A DNA stretch of 64,000 nt, from NCBI GenBank assembly GCA_043228905.1, contig JBHGNT010000014.1, positions 4,092,001-4,156,000 of the forward strand, in the 5' to 3' direction. Below, piece by piece: positions 22,700 through 34,551 of this stretch; within the stretch, counting starts at the first letter, position 1; each line of letters opens with the position of its first letter. The position numbers and the translations under genes were made by a program. Below the pieces are notes generated by a model. It was not told the origin of the DNA. It worked only from the letters and a program-made list of their open reading frames with translations, and searched no databases. This DNA comes from Azolla caroliniana (Eukaryota; Plantae; Polypodiophyta).

Positions 22700-25432
22700 A
22701 CCCTTTACTCCTGCTGCTCTAAGGAAAGATCCTCCTCCATCTCCAAATCCTCGTTTGTGTCGTCCTGCAAAATGTTGAATAGTGAGGGTTCTACTTCCTG
22801 TGTTGCCATGCCTTGCTCGTCTTCGTCGTCATCTTCGGTATCCTCCCCGTCGTTGTTTTCTTGTCAGGTTCCTTCGGTCGATGGTCTTGGCTCCGCTTCT
22901 GTTTCTGCATCTGTATCTGCTTCCGGTGCCCCGAGTCCAGGTGTTTTGGTGACTCTTTTGGCTTCGATATTGTCTAACTCGACAGATGTCTCGACATCAT
23001 GCTTGTCGGATTCTTGCATGATTCAGTTAATTTCTTCTTTAAAATAAGCCGCCATGTCGTATAGGTCCTTAGCAATATCTTCTTGAACTGTGGTCATTGC
23101 TTCCTCCCACATCTTGAGGAAGCCTTTTGCCCTGAACTTTCCTATTTTCTCTGTCGGCTCTTAATAGCTAAAGCTCCATGGATTGTGCTGACCATGTTTG
23201 CCAACCCTTCTCCAACAATTCATTGACCAATTTTAGGGTGTTAATTCGGTGACGTCTTATGATCGCTTGAACCCTATCCTGAGTCATTCTAGCCTCAAAC
23301 TGTGTTGTTGCAAATGTTTTCCGTAAATCAATGATTACTGCATTGGTATGTCCTTCTGCCTGCATCAGCTTAACTTGTGCCACTAAGAGGTCAAGTCGCC
23401 GTTTCTCGGAGACTGTTTGAATTTTTGCACATCGGTTTTCTAGCTTCGCTTTCTCTTCATTCCAGTTGTTCTGCTGCTGAATTATTTTTCCGTTGATTTC
23501 GTTTATCAGTTTGTTTGTACCAGCCAATTGTGTTGTAAAACAAGTCTCTTGGCTCTTGATATACTCTTCCATTTCCTCGACTTGTTGCCTTGTAGTCTCT
23601 TGCTGTTGGGCTAACTGTTGGTGTAAATCTTGTATTACATTATCCTTTTCCCCCAAACATCTGTCGGCCGTCGTTTTTGCCGACTGTAATCGAGCCTCCA
23701 TTTCCCTGAACCTGTCCACAGTCTTTTCTGCCTTAATTTTTGTCTCTCTTCGTGCTTGTTTAGCTTGGTTAAACCTCTTTTGTAATTCCAAATCCGTCTC
23801 CAAAGGTTATCTTTGTGACTCTGGTTGGAATATCTATTCTCTCGCTTTTTCTAGAGCCACTTGTTCTTCTTGTAGTTTATTTTTCAAGTACTGATTTTCT
23901 GCCTGCATCCGTTTATACTGTGCATTAAGCACATTTGCAGTTGTTGTAGCCTGTTTGTATAATTCGGCCATATCCCTGGCCGCTCTGCTAGCCTTTCCAT
24001 ATTCTCGGTGTAATGGTGGTATTTGAATGGCTTCACCTCTATTTTTAGCATGTCGTTGTCGACCAATTCTATCCACTTCCGCTTGCTCGTTTGGTTCGAT
24101 AGCTCCACATAATGATTTTTGGATCATTATTTGATCTCTGTGCTCTTGCGCCATTCTTTCCGACACTTCTTGCAGACTTTTAGCTAACCATTCGACCAGT
24201 TCATATGATGTTCCAAACTGCAGAATGGCAGCTAGCTCATGTGCTGCTACCGGGATGTCGGACAAACCGAGTGCCTCTTACACCGTTGCCGTTTGGATTG
24301 ACATGAGGTATTTGTGTGCTTTGGGTGGCTTGATCGTTAGTTGTCTTTTTCTTCTACGCAGGTTGTTCTTGCTCTGTTCTAGAGTATCTTTGGGACCGTT
24401 GTTTCACCCTTCGTTGCTTCGACGGTTGCTGGTCAATGTCGACTCGTCTCGATTCCTGCTACTATGACGGTTGCTCGTCTGTCGTCCCTCGTTGTTGCAT
24501 CCTCAGTGGTTGAGACTCCGGCGGTTGAGTCGGTGATTGCTGGGTAGGTTCGGGCTGGGGTATCGACTATTGAGACTGCGTCGACTGTTGTTGTTCCGAT
24601 TCTTGTTAGTGCCTTGGTTCCGGTTGGTCAAATTCGGTCTGAGTGGTATCGTCTTGCGTTGATTCTTCTTCCCTGCACTCTTCTCGTTGGACTTGTCGTC
24701 GGGTTTGGGATGATTGTACCTAAGGCGGCCGACGCACCTCTGATCAGTTTTCCGACTCTGAAGTCGGAAATAATATCGATAACCAACGAGCAGAAATCGG
24801 CTTCATTGGTTTTCCTTTCTGAACTCCGTTTAGTTGCTCTCTTAGAGCATTTGCCGACAATAGCCCCCAATCAAAAGCTTTGCCTTCATAAGCGGCGATA
24901 ATAAATCCGGCCCTCTTTTTGGGCATATAGTAGAATCTGGGACTAACAAACCCTACTTCCAATAAAAATTTTGCAGCTTCATGAAAAACACATTCCTACC
25001 TCCTTGTGTCTAATACGCTTTGGTAGAGGGGGAATATTCACCAAAATAGGACCGTAAAACATCATTTGTGACCTTGTTGACAACGTCAAACCCGCCTCTT
25101 GGCATCTCCAACACAGCCCTTACCTTCTTATTCATGATCGTCGAGACATCGATTTCTGCCAACAGAGCTTCCACGTTCAGGTGCGGCTCTGTTTCTGCGA
25201 CTTTCAAAAATCCTTGTAACTTATTGCGAACGAGCCAACGGCGCAAGTTGTCAGATACGACAATCGGCATGTTGTCATCGTCGATTAACAGATCGTCACT
25301 CAATGATGGTTGTGAGAAACGTTGTGGGCTATGGCGACAAAAATCAAAAAACCTGTGAGCTCGAATGCATTTCTGCTTCTGTGGTGAAACAATCATTACA
25401 GAAATAGGTTTTAAGAGATTAATTTTTTGCAT
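22700..25432 (-). pseudogene. Extra ORF of D (homolog of the A extra ORF; coiled coil and acidic tail)
   Basis: ORF pieces 25010-25432, 24744-24962, 23834-24265 and 23168-23803; heptad-rich; N-domain aligns with A 9652-10400. Confidence 0.8.
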
Positions 25433-25607
25433 GATGCCTAGGGAATAAAAGTACTATTAATGTTGTAATGACTAGGCGTACTAGTGGAGTGATGGCTAGA
25501 AATAGTAATAATGACTAATAGAAATATGCCTCCACTATTACTTATAGCCTTTGGAAATTACTCCAAGAATCTCTTCGTGAGAGTTAGTTATGATTTTTTT
25601 TTTTTTT

Positions 25608-28600
25608 TTACTTTTCTTCCGATTCATCCTTGAATGGATTTTTCGGCATGTGTCCACGATATGGTTTAAGCCGGAAACCATTGACCCATTTCGGTAAAAT
25701 CTCACCTAATAAGGTTCCCAGTTGATACGTACCATTTTTACTATTCACGATCCAAACTAGTCCCGTCCATCTATATCGAAGTTTTCCTGGCATCGCCCCC
25801 ATCTTGGTCTGGAAAACCAGTACTGGTTTCCCGATTCCGAATTGAGATTCGGTTTTCCGTCGGTGTCGATTTACAAATGCCTTGGTTTGCCTTTGCTTGT
25901 GCTCTAAATCTCTCATAGCTTGTAGTCAGTCTTATTCTAACAACAATAAAGATTCTTTCCGAATTTGCTCTGACTGTAGTTCATTTAATATTTCGGTTGC
26001 TTGTATTCGGAGTGTCGGAATCTGGAATTTGATTGGCATTACTGCCTCCAATCCAAAAGCCATTCGGAAAGGTGTTGATTTAATAATAGATATTTTGTAC
26101 AACGTGCAATATGCCCATAAAGCACTATGCAACTTTTGGTCCCAGTCCGTATGATTCTCATTTACTATCTTTTTAAGTATCGTCTGGAGGGTTTTGTTTG
26201 TCGACTCCGCCAATCCATTCGCTTGTGGATAGTAAGGAGTGCTTTTCTTATGAACCACTGCATAGTAGGTAGACAATTCATGAACAAGTTTGTTAATGAA
26301 ATGCGTCCCTTGATTGCTCACTAATTCTATTGGGCAGTCGAATCGACACCATATACTTTCGTACAAATTTTTGCTGCTGGAGCTGCGGTATTATCCCTAA
26401 GAGCTTTAGCTTCTACCCACTTTGTAGAGTAGTCAGTAGCCACTATAATATATCTATTGCTTGTTCTTACTATTGCCAGTTTGAAAGGGCCTACAAAATC
26501 CAACCCCCATTCATGGAAAGGTTCAAGAGGTAACACAGGTTGAAACGGCATTCGGTCCCTTTCTGTCGGTTGTCCCATACGTTAGCATAAATCACATTTT
26601 CGACAATATTTGATCGCATCCTTCATCATTGTCGGCCACCATAACCCACTGTTCCATATTTTTCTTGCTGTGGTTTCCCTAGCATAGTGTCGTCCTGCAA
26701 TTCCACAGTGCGATCCCCGAAGAATGACCGATTTTTCAAATTGTTGTACTCTTCTTCTCCAAATAACATCTGCTCCTTTATGATACAGAGTGTCGTTCAA
26801 AAGACAAAAATTACGACTCCGTACCGCCAACCTTTTCCTTTCGTCTACCGATAGATGATCGGGTGGTAACCCTGTTGTAAGAAAGATTGTCATTTCTGAG
26901 ATCCAACCATCCTCACTTTCTTCATTTACACCCTGTGCATTTACTGCTTCCACTCGAAAAAGCTGAACATCCGGAAAATCATCCTTGACATCCGTGCCTT
27001 CTTCTCCTGTCTCCAGTCGACTGAGATAATCCGCCATTGCATGCTGTACTCCTGGCCGATGTAAAATGTCGAATTCGAATTCTTGGAGTAGAAGAGTCCA
27101 TCTTGCTAACTTGCCAGTTAACTCTTGTTTCGAGACCAAATAAAGAAGAGCTGAATGATCAACATGAAATGTAAACTTTTTCCCCAAAAGATAGTGTCGA
27201 AACTTATTGACACCATAGATCATTCCTAAAGCTTCCCTCTTAGTGGTAGAGTAATTTCTTTCTCTCTCAGTGGTAGAATAGTTTCTTTCCGTTGTTGAGA
27301 GTTTCCGACTAGCATAGTAAACTGGCTTGCACCAATTCGGTTCTGTTAACTGCATTAATGCACTTCTAATTGCGATGTCTGATGCGTCGACAAAAACATG
27401 GAATGGCTTATTCCAATCAGGTGGTTGAACAATTGGAACTTTGGACAACATTTTCTTCAGACAATCATATGCATCCTATTCCACACTTGTCCACTAGTGA
27501 CCCCGAATGCACATTTAGCCGGATTTAAACTAAGCCGTCCTTCCCGACATTTCTCCAAACATAGTCATAAATGCTCAAAATGTTCGGTTTTCCGACTATA
27601 AACAACAAAATCATCCAAAAATACTTGCATAAAGGCAGGAATGTAATTCCCAAATATTTCCTGTATCACTCTTTGAAATGTCGCCCAAGTGGTCTTCAAG
27701 CCAAACATCATTACTATTGCTACAAACACTCCCCATTCTATGACAAAAGTTGTCTTTTCTTGATCTTCCGGATTCATCCGAACCTGATTATAACCACTAA
27801 AACCATCTAGGAAACTATATACTTCATGGCTAGCTACTGCATCCAATATACCATCCGTAAATGGTAATGGAAACACATCCGTAACGGTAGCCGCATTTAG
27901 TTTCTGGTAGTCGACACATACCCGAATTTTGCCATTCTTTTTCGGAACAACGACAATTGGACTTAAGCATGTCGATTTTTTCACCGGACGAATAAACCCT
28001 ACTTTCAAAAGTTTATCTATTTCTTCTTTAACTTTAATAGCATAATTAGGATTTAATCGGTACCTACGTTGTTGAACTGGCTTTGCATCCTTATGTAGGT
28101 TGATTTGATGTTGACAAAAAGTTGGATCTAGTCCCTTCATATCTTCAAAAGACCAGGCAAAGACATCCTTATATTGCTTTAATAATGCTGTTAATCTTTG
28201 TTTGTCCACTTCTATCATATCCTTAACAATGAGTACTGTTTTCAACTCATTGTCCCCATCTTCTTCTGCCAAATTTATTTCCTGCATTGCTGAATCTTGA
28301 ACTCGTTGGGCCACCTTCATCTCTCTATTGGTAGCTTCTTGTTGGAGTCGTATCTCCTTCATTGCTTGCTCATCTATTGGCAATTGCTCCTGGGAATCCA
28401 CATATAGCGTCAAGGCTTGACATAAAATATCTACTTCGAACAACAGAATGATTTTCGGATTATCATCAAAATATTGATTTTCTTCGACCTCGTCTAATCC
28501 TTCCATCATATTGACGGACTCAACATACACATGCAAACACTATTTGCTTATCGCAACCTTGTTTTGTGTCGAAACCCGGATTTTCGTTTTGCCTTTTCTA

Positions 28601-30750
28601 AATGTTAGTTGATTCTAATTCCAATTCTGCTTGATGTTAGCAATCTTTAACCACGATCGCCCTAATAACAAAGGATATGCACCATGAGCTTCCAAATGAA
28701 GAATTACTGTTGATATCAGAAAACTATGACCACCCAATACCACCTCTAATTGGCAGAGTAAACCAATTGGTCGTACTGTAGTGGTATCCGCCATTCTTAG
28801 CCAAAGTGGACAAGCTTCCCATTTAGTAATTCCCAACCTATCATAGGTGGTTTTATTAATGACATTCACTCCTCAGCCCCCATCGATAATCGTATTTTCG
28901 ATTTCCTGACCCTGAATTATTACTTTAATTGATGGATTTTGCTCATCCATGATTGAAGGGTTGGTGCTTGGCTGACTATAGTGTACCGATACTTGTTCTG
29001 GCCCCTTTTGGGCAATCAATGTCACCACTTTTTTGGTAAATCTAGGGACCAACTTCAGTAATCTGGTCAGTGGTAATGATACTTGGAAATGTGCCAAGAG
29101 CTTCCAAGTTTCCTCTTGTTCCAGTACAACAATAACTCCTGGTAATTCGGTAGCTTGGTTAATTATATTGTCTTGGAGCATCCAGTTTACATTATTTTTG
29201 TTTGCTTCCTCTACCCATTCGGCTGCTTTCCAAACTGCTTCCTGAATTTCCCACTCCGATTGTTTACTTTTGCTTCTAGTGGTTACTTGCTATATTTCCG
29301 GTATAACCATATTAACCGCTCGTCCTTTTTCCTTTAGCAGGACACTGATTAGCATAATGACCAGTTTGACAGCAAATATAACAAGTAGGAACAAATGTTC
29401 CACTTCCCTCGCCTTGCTCAAACTCACTAGTCCCATCATTTTGCATAAACTGTTGACCATCATCCGGCGATTGCTGAAACTGTCGTGAGGCTTTCAATTT
29501 GTAGAATTTTTTATTTTTATACCGGTTCTGCTTAAACTATCCTCCATTTTGCTGATTCATATTCGGTGTTACCGAGAATTCTTGATTTTGTTGAAAATTA
29601 TTTTGTTGAAAATCTTGATTATGCTGAAAATTACTTTGTTGAAAGGACTGATTATTTTGTTGAAAAGTTGGATTCTGTTGGAATTTATTTTGCTGAAAAG
29701 CTTGATTTGTTTGCAATTTATTTTGTTGACTCTGTGGAAAACTGTTATGTTGGTATCCATTATTGAATGAATTCTGGTTATTGTGGTACCCATTTTCCGG
29801 AAAAATTTGTCTTACCGGAGCCGTCGTCTTATTGAACAAATTATACTCACATTGCTCGACCGAATGAAGTTTAGAATGACATATTGTGCAATGTGTATGT
29901 AGACTACATTCGATCATCAAATGACCGGTATTTAAACAAGTAGTACACTGAACTGCTTGTCGAAAATGTAACTCCTCTATTGTTGGTAGTGTACGTTTAG
30001 TGGTGACATATCCATACTTCGTACATTTATCGGTTGTCAGCCCATAGCGATTGCCTTATCAATCACTTGCTCGATATTCTGATTCAAGAAATCGAACACC
30101 TTCAGTGTTGTTCGTAATGGTTCACGAATTGCTTCAAGGAATACATCCTTCAATTCATCGTCCAGAATAGGCCTAGAAATTTGCAGTTGCAAATTCTGAA
30201 AACGAATCACAAATTGAGACACTGTTTCTTGCTGCTCCAGATACAACGCATATGATTGCGCTATCAAATCTTTTTGAGGTATTTGGCGATGAAATAACTG
30301 CAGAAATTTATTGTTCAATTGTTTGAATGTTTCGAACCCACAGAGACCATTTTGCGCAAACCAATTAGCGGAATAACCCTCTAATGACAAAACAAACTCA
30401 GCAATCTTCGACTTATCTTCAGCTGCCGCTGACAGTCTCTAAGCTCCATGGTTAATCTCCCATGTTGTCAGAAAATCCCTCACATGTGCTTCTGCATCAG
30501 CTCCCTCACGGAACTTCGAGTACGGATAAGGCATATTGTCGTCACTCTAGATAACGTAAAATGATACCTCTTCTGGCTGATTTTCATCGGAAGACTAGCT
30601 ATCAGTTAAATCAGGAAGTACTGACCACCTTCTACTTGTTTTCGGTTGTAATCCCTTGGCCAATTCTGTCTCTAGCGTCTTCGTAACAGAACGCGTACGA
30701 GGACGTTTAAAATCGACTGATATATTCGGACCAGACGACATCCATTCGTC
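25608..30750 (-). pseudogene. pol: gag-pol of D
   Basis: Gag with Cys/His knuckles and a Q/N-rich tract, protease IIDGG, RT (VCVDYQKLN, FLDGFSGYNQ, FLDD), RNase H (with a duplicated ERNYSTT) and integrase. Confidence 0.95.
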
Positions 30751-30799
30751 TTGTTCTTTGCTATATGCAGATGTAACCGGGAGTGCCAAAATTATACTG

Positions 30800-31268
30800 T
30801 GTTGTTCAATCGACAATTGCTATTTTTCCGACACAGTATAAGAAGAACGTTCATACCGAACATTCTATCAAGAAGTTGTGGTTAAACGAATAGACACGAA
30901 TGATCTATAAACTAATCAGTGATAACAGACACTGAGATCATGACTTATGGAATAGAGTTTAGACAGAAAGAACTAGATGGCAAGAAGCAATCCGTACACA
31001 GAGATTTCCTAACCAAACTTTATATTACTAAATACAACGATAGACTTTTACAATGCCTTCAGTTCCTTTTATAGGTAACCCGAAGGTTTCTTCTCATCAA
31101 GAAATCCTATTGCCTATAATTATCAAGAATTACAAAACTTCGTAACTAACTATGTCCTATTCGGCTATCTACTGAGTCATCGATCCGAACTGTCCATCTG
31201 ACTCTGACTCCGACTCCGACTCCAAACATCTTTCCGATTCCGACGCATCCATACTTGTTCAGGTAGCA
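30800..31268 (-). repeat. 5' LTR of D
   Basis: TG..CA repeat flanked by the TSD TGGAG at 31269-31273. Confidence 0.95.
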
Positions 31269-33723
31269 TGGAGTATCTTTCCGTATAAGTTGGATGAGAG
31301 GTTGGACTAGGGAAGAGAACCCGTCTATAAAAATTTGCAAAACCAAGAAACGATTGTACCTCTTTTAGCCGAGTCGGAAGAGGCCAATCAGTGATTGCCG
31401 CGACCTTGCATTCATCCATCGTGATCCCGGTAGGTAAGATCATGTAACCTAGTAATTCGACAGAGGTCCAATCAAATTCACATTTCTCACTTTTGGCGAA
31501 GAGCCCATATTCTCAGAGTTTGGTGAGAACTAGGTGAACGTGGTGAGTGTGCTCCTCCATGTTGGAAGAAAAAACTAGGATGTCATCAAGGTAGATGACC
31601 ACGAAATGATCGAGATACTCTCGAAAAATATCATTCATCATGTGCTGGAAAACGGCCGGAGCATTGGTAAGGCCGAAAGGCATCACTTTGTACTCGAAAT
31701 GTCCATATCGCGTCCGAAAAGTTGTTTTCCACTCATCCCCAGGCTTAATGCGCACTAAATTGTAGGCGCCCCGAAGGTTGACTTTGGAAAAGATATGCCC
31801 CGTTCGGAGTCGATCAAGGAGCGCTGGAATTAAGGGTAGGGGGTAACGATTACGTACCGTAACTTTGTTGAGACCCCGATAATCCAAACATAAGCATAAG
31901 TAGCCATCCTTTTTTCTGACAATTAAGATTGGTGCCCCGGCCGGTGATTTGGAGGGTTGAATGAAGCCCTTCACGAGATTCTCAGCCAAATATGTGCGGA
32001 GAGCCTCAAGTTCGGGTTTGGATAACCCATAGATAGGACCGAATGGGGGATGCTTGCCAGGTTGGAGTTCAATTGGGCAATCGTAGGGACGATGAGCTGT
32101 TAACCGATCGGCATTCCGCTTTTCGAAGATGTCGGAAAAGTTGATATATCGAATGGGTAAATTGGTGATAGGAACGGTGACGTTTCCCGACACAACAGCT
32201 AGTGTAGCGACCAAACTGGACTTGACCGTAACAGAATCAAGAGAGTGTCGTAACTGAGTAGGAATTGGCGTTCTTGGAAAAGTGATGGAGCGGCTACACC
32301 AATCCACCATCGGATTGTGTGTCTCCAACCAAGATAGCCCCAACACAATCGAATGTCAGGGAGTCGCGATGAGGTAGAAAGTCAGTTTCTCCTGGTGTGC
32401 CCCGATTTGAAGTACCAACGGGATAATGGCTTCGGTAACCACCCACGTCGAGAGAACCCGCCCGTCAATCGCTTCAATGGATATGGGTTGTGATGTGCGG
32501 ACGGTGGGGATATTATGTGCACATACAAACGATTTATCGATAAAGCAAGTAGATGCTCCGCAAAGTCGAACCAAAACAAAGACTTACTTGCAAAGAAAAC
32601 CCTCCTAATGGCGGTACGGACTTGTAGGAGCATGGAGAAGGTGAGTAACGGAAAGCGTCCAACGGCATGGCTCCTACTGCAGCCGGACTTGGTCATTTTC
32701 CTGTTGTCGAGGAACCTCCGCAAGACGTGCACGATGGAATTGGTGTCGAGGGCCTCGCACAGGACAGTGGTGGATGACATGGTCGGGGTTGCCACAATAG
32801 AGACAAAGTCCATTGTCCTGACGATGTTGGCGTTGGGCTTCAGTTAGTGGTTGGAACCAAGCATGATCGATCTCCATCGGGGTATGGGAATCGACCTCCA
32901 TTGTGGTATGGGTTTCACTAACTGATGGTAACGTTGGCATGGGCGACAAGTAGGGCCTGGTGATTGTTGCATTCCGCGAAGAAGCCTGAGATCTGTGAGT
33001 CCCCCGTTCTTCTTGACGAAATTCAAAAAGATGATTGTCACACTGGACAGTTTGGGAGATTACTTGAGACAACGATGTGGGTTCTGGGAAGTTTAAGAGA
33101 AGAGTCTTGACATCATTTCGGAGACCGCGACGGAAATGGTCGCATAGGGCTTGGTCATCCCAACTAATATCATAGGCAATTTGGCGAAACTCTGAGGCAT
33201 AGAGCGAGGCATGACGTGAGCCTTGTTGGACAGAATAAAGCTTTGTGAGTGTTCGTCGCTGATCTGTCTCGTCAAATGTCGCTTCGAGCTCCTCAATGAA
33301 AGTGGTGAAGTCCTCCAAGAGAGGGGTGAGGTCTCGATCAAGAGTGCAAACCACGCTTGTGCTGGCCCAGAGAGAAGCGTGCTGACAAGCCCAACCTGAG
33401 AAAAGTCGTTAGCATACTGTTGGGGCTGTAATCGGATGATAAGCCGAATTTGGTTGATGAAGCCTCAAAGATACGCCCTCGTGTCGTTGAATTTGTCGGG
33501 TAGGCTGATGGTTGGTTCGAGGACATATGGATGAGAAGAGGACGTGGTCGGGGTAGGTCTCGACAGTGGTTGTGACTTGGCAACTAGTGGATTTCTTGAA
33601 GTGCCGGATTCTTGAAGTGCCGGATTGCAACTCTCGTAATGATTCCCGAAGGATTTCACTCTCTAGCTGAAGTTGTTGCAAGGCTGCCATGATTTGGTTT
33701 AGGTTGTCGATGGAGTCGGACAT
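31269..33723 (-). pseudogene. pol: gag-protease-RT of E
   Basis: PDKF gag motif, CLYCGNPDHVIHHC knuckle, [34 protein letters not shown] and YLDD. Confidence 0.95.
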
Positions 33724-33751
33724 GGTAGCAAGAAAAGCAAGGTGAACAAAC

Positions 33752-34176
33752 TGTCACGGACAAGTATAATAGAGTAGAACAAAGATAAGACTAGAGAACA
33801 AGAGAGAGTAAAAGAACAAGAACTCAACTTATAGAACCTGTAACTTGTGTTGTTCACCTTGATTAGAATCAAGGTGCACATGAGTATTTATACAAGAAGG
33901 TAGAGCTATGTAAGCCAACTAGAAATAGAGTATGCATGAGGATGCATGCAATAGAGTACGCATGAGGATGCATGCCATAGAGAATGCATGAGGATGCATG
34001 CAGCCTAGAAAATGAGAATACATGCAAGCTAGGAACTTCCAATGTTCAATCTACACTATATGAAGTTGAATTAAATACAAGGATGCATACGTAGCTCAAG
34101 TGGTAGGGTTGCTCAATAGAGTCCATGAGGTCTTGGATTTAATCCCTACCTTCTTTCATGGCATATGTCTATGACA
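33752..34176 (-). repeat. 5' LTR of E
   Basis: TGTCA..TGACA ends; first 220 bp match 20658-20877; internal GCATGAGGATGCATGC repeats. Confidence 0.93.
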
Positions 34177-34551
34177 ACACGCCGCTTAGAGGCAGGAAAG
34201 CAAGCATATTATGCATTTGAGAACACATGCAATAGTGGAGATGTTAAGTGTTGGGTCCTCAAGCAATAAATTTTTGACACTTTGGTGACACCAATGCTTC
34301 TCTATAGACTGGAACTATGGGGTGATAGCATCCCAAAATCTACTTGGAAAGAGTTTGAAAATGTCTAAAACCATTTTCTTACAAAGTTTCTACAAGTTAA
34401 AAAACAAACACCATACATCTTCCTCCTCCTTGAGACGGGATCACTTCCCATTGAGATCATGGCCATAGAAAGGGTTATTGAATACATGCTTAAGGTTTAA
34501 AAAAGTCTCTCACATCAACTTCCTAGAATTGCATGGGAAGAAAGCATAAAG

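Larger units (their letters stand above)
22197..31268 (-). mobile_element. Element D: full-length non-chromovirus Ty3/gypsy (A family), about 9.1 kb, with a 3' extra ORF
   Basis: LTRs at 22197-22653 and 30800-31268, TSD TGGAG, gag-PR-RT-RH-INT at about 30750-25608 and extra ORF at 25432-22700. Confidence 0.96.
20658..34176 (-). mobile_element. Element E: Tcn1/Tf1-like Ty3/gypsy LTR retrotransposon, self-priming type; hosts D
   Basis: TSD ACACG; 5' LTR at 33752-34176; truncated 3' LTR at 20658-20877 fused to integrase; gag at 33723-32674, then PR, RT (YLDD), RH and INT. Confidence 0.93.
19862..34551 (+). mobile_element. 5'-truncated RTEX-like LINE (copy 1); pieces 19862-20657 and 34177-34551, interrupted by E and H
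   Basis: RT motifs FVDFKKAFD, GVKQGCPLSP, LYADD and FKYLG; collinear with about 45920-47095 across the E insertion. Confidence 0.92.
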
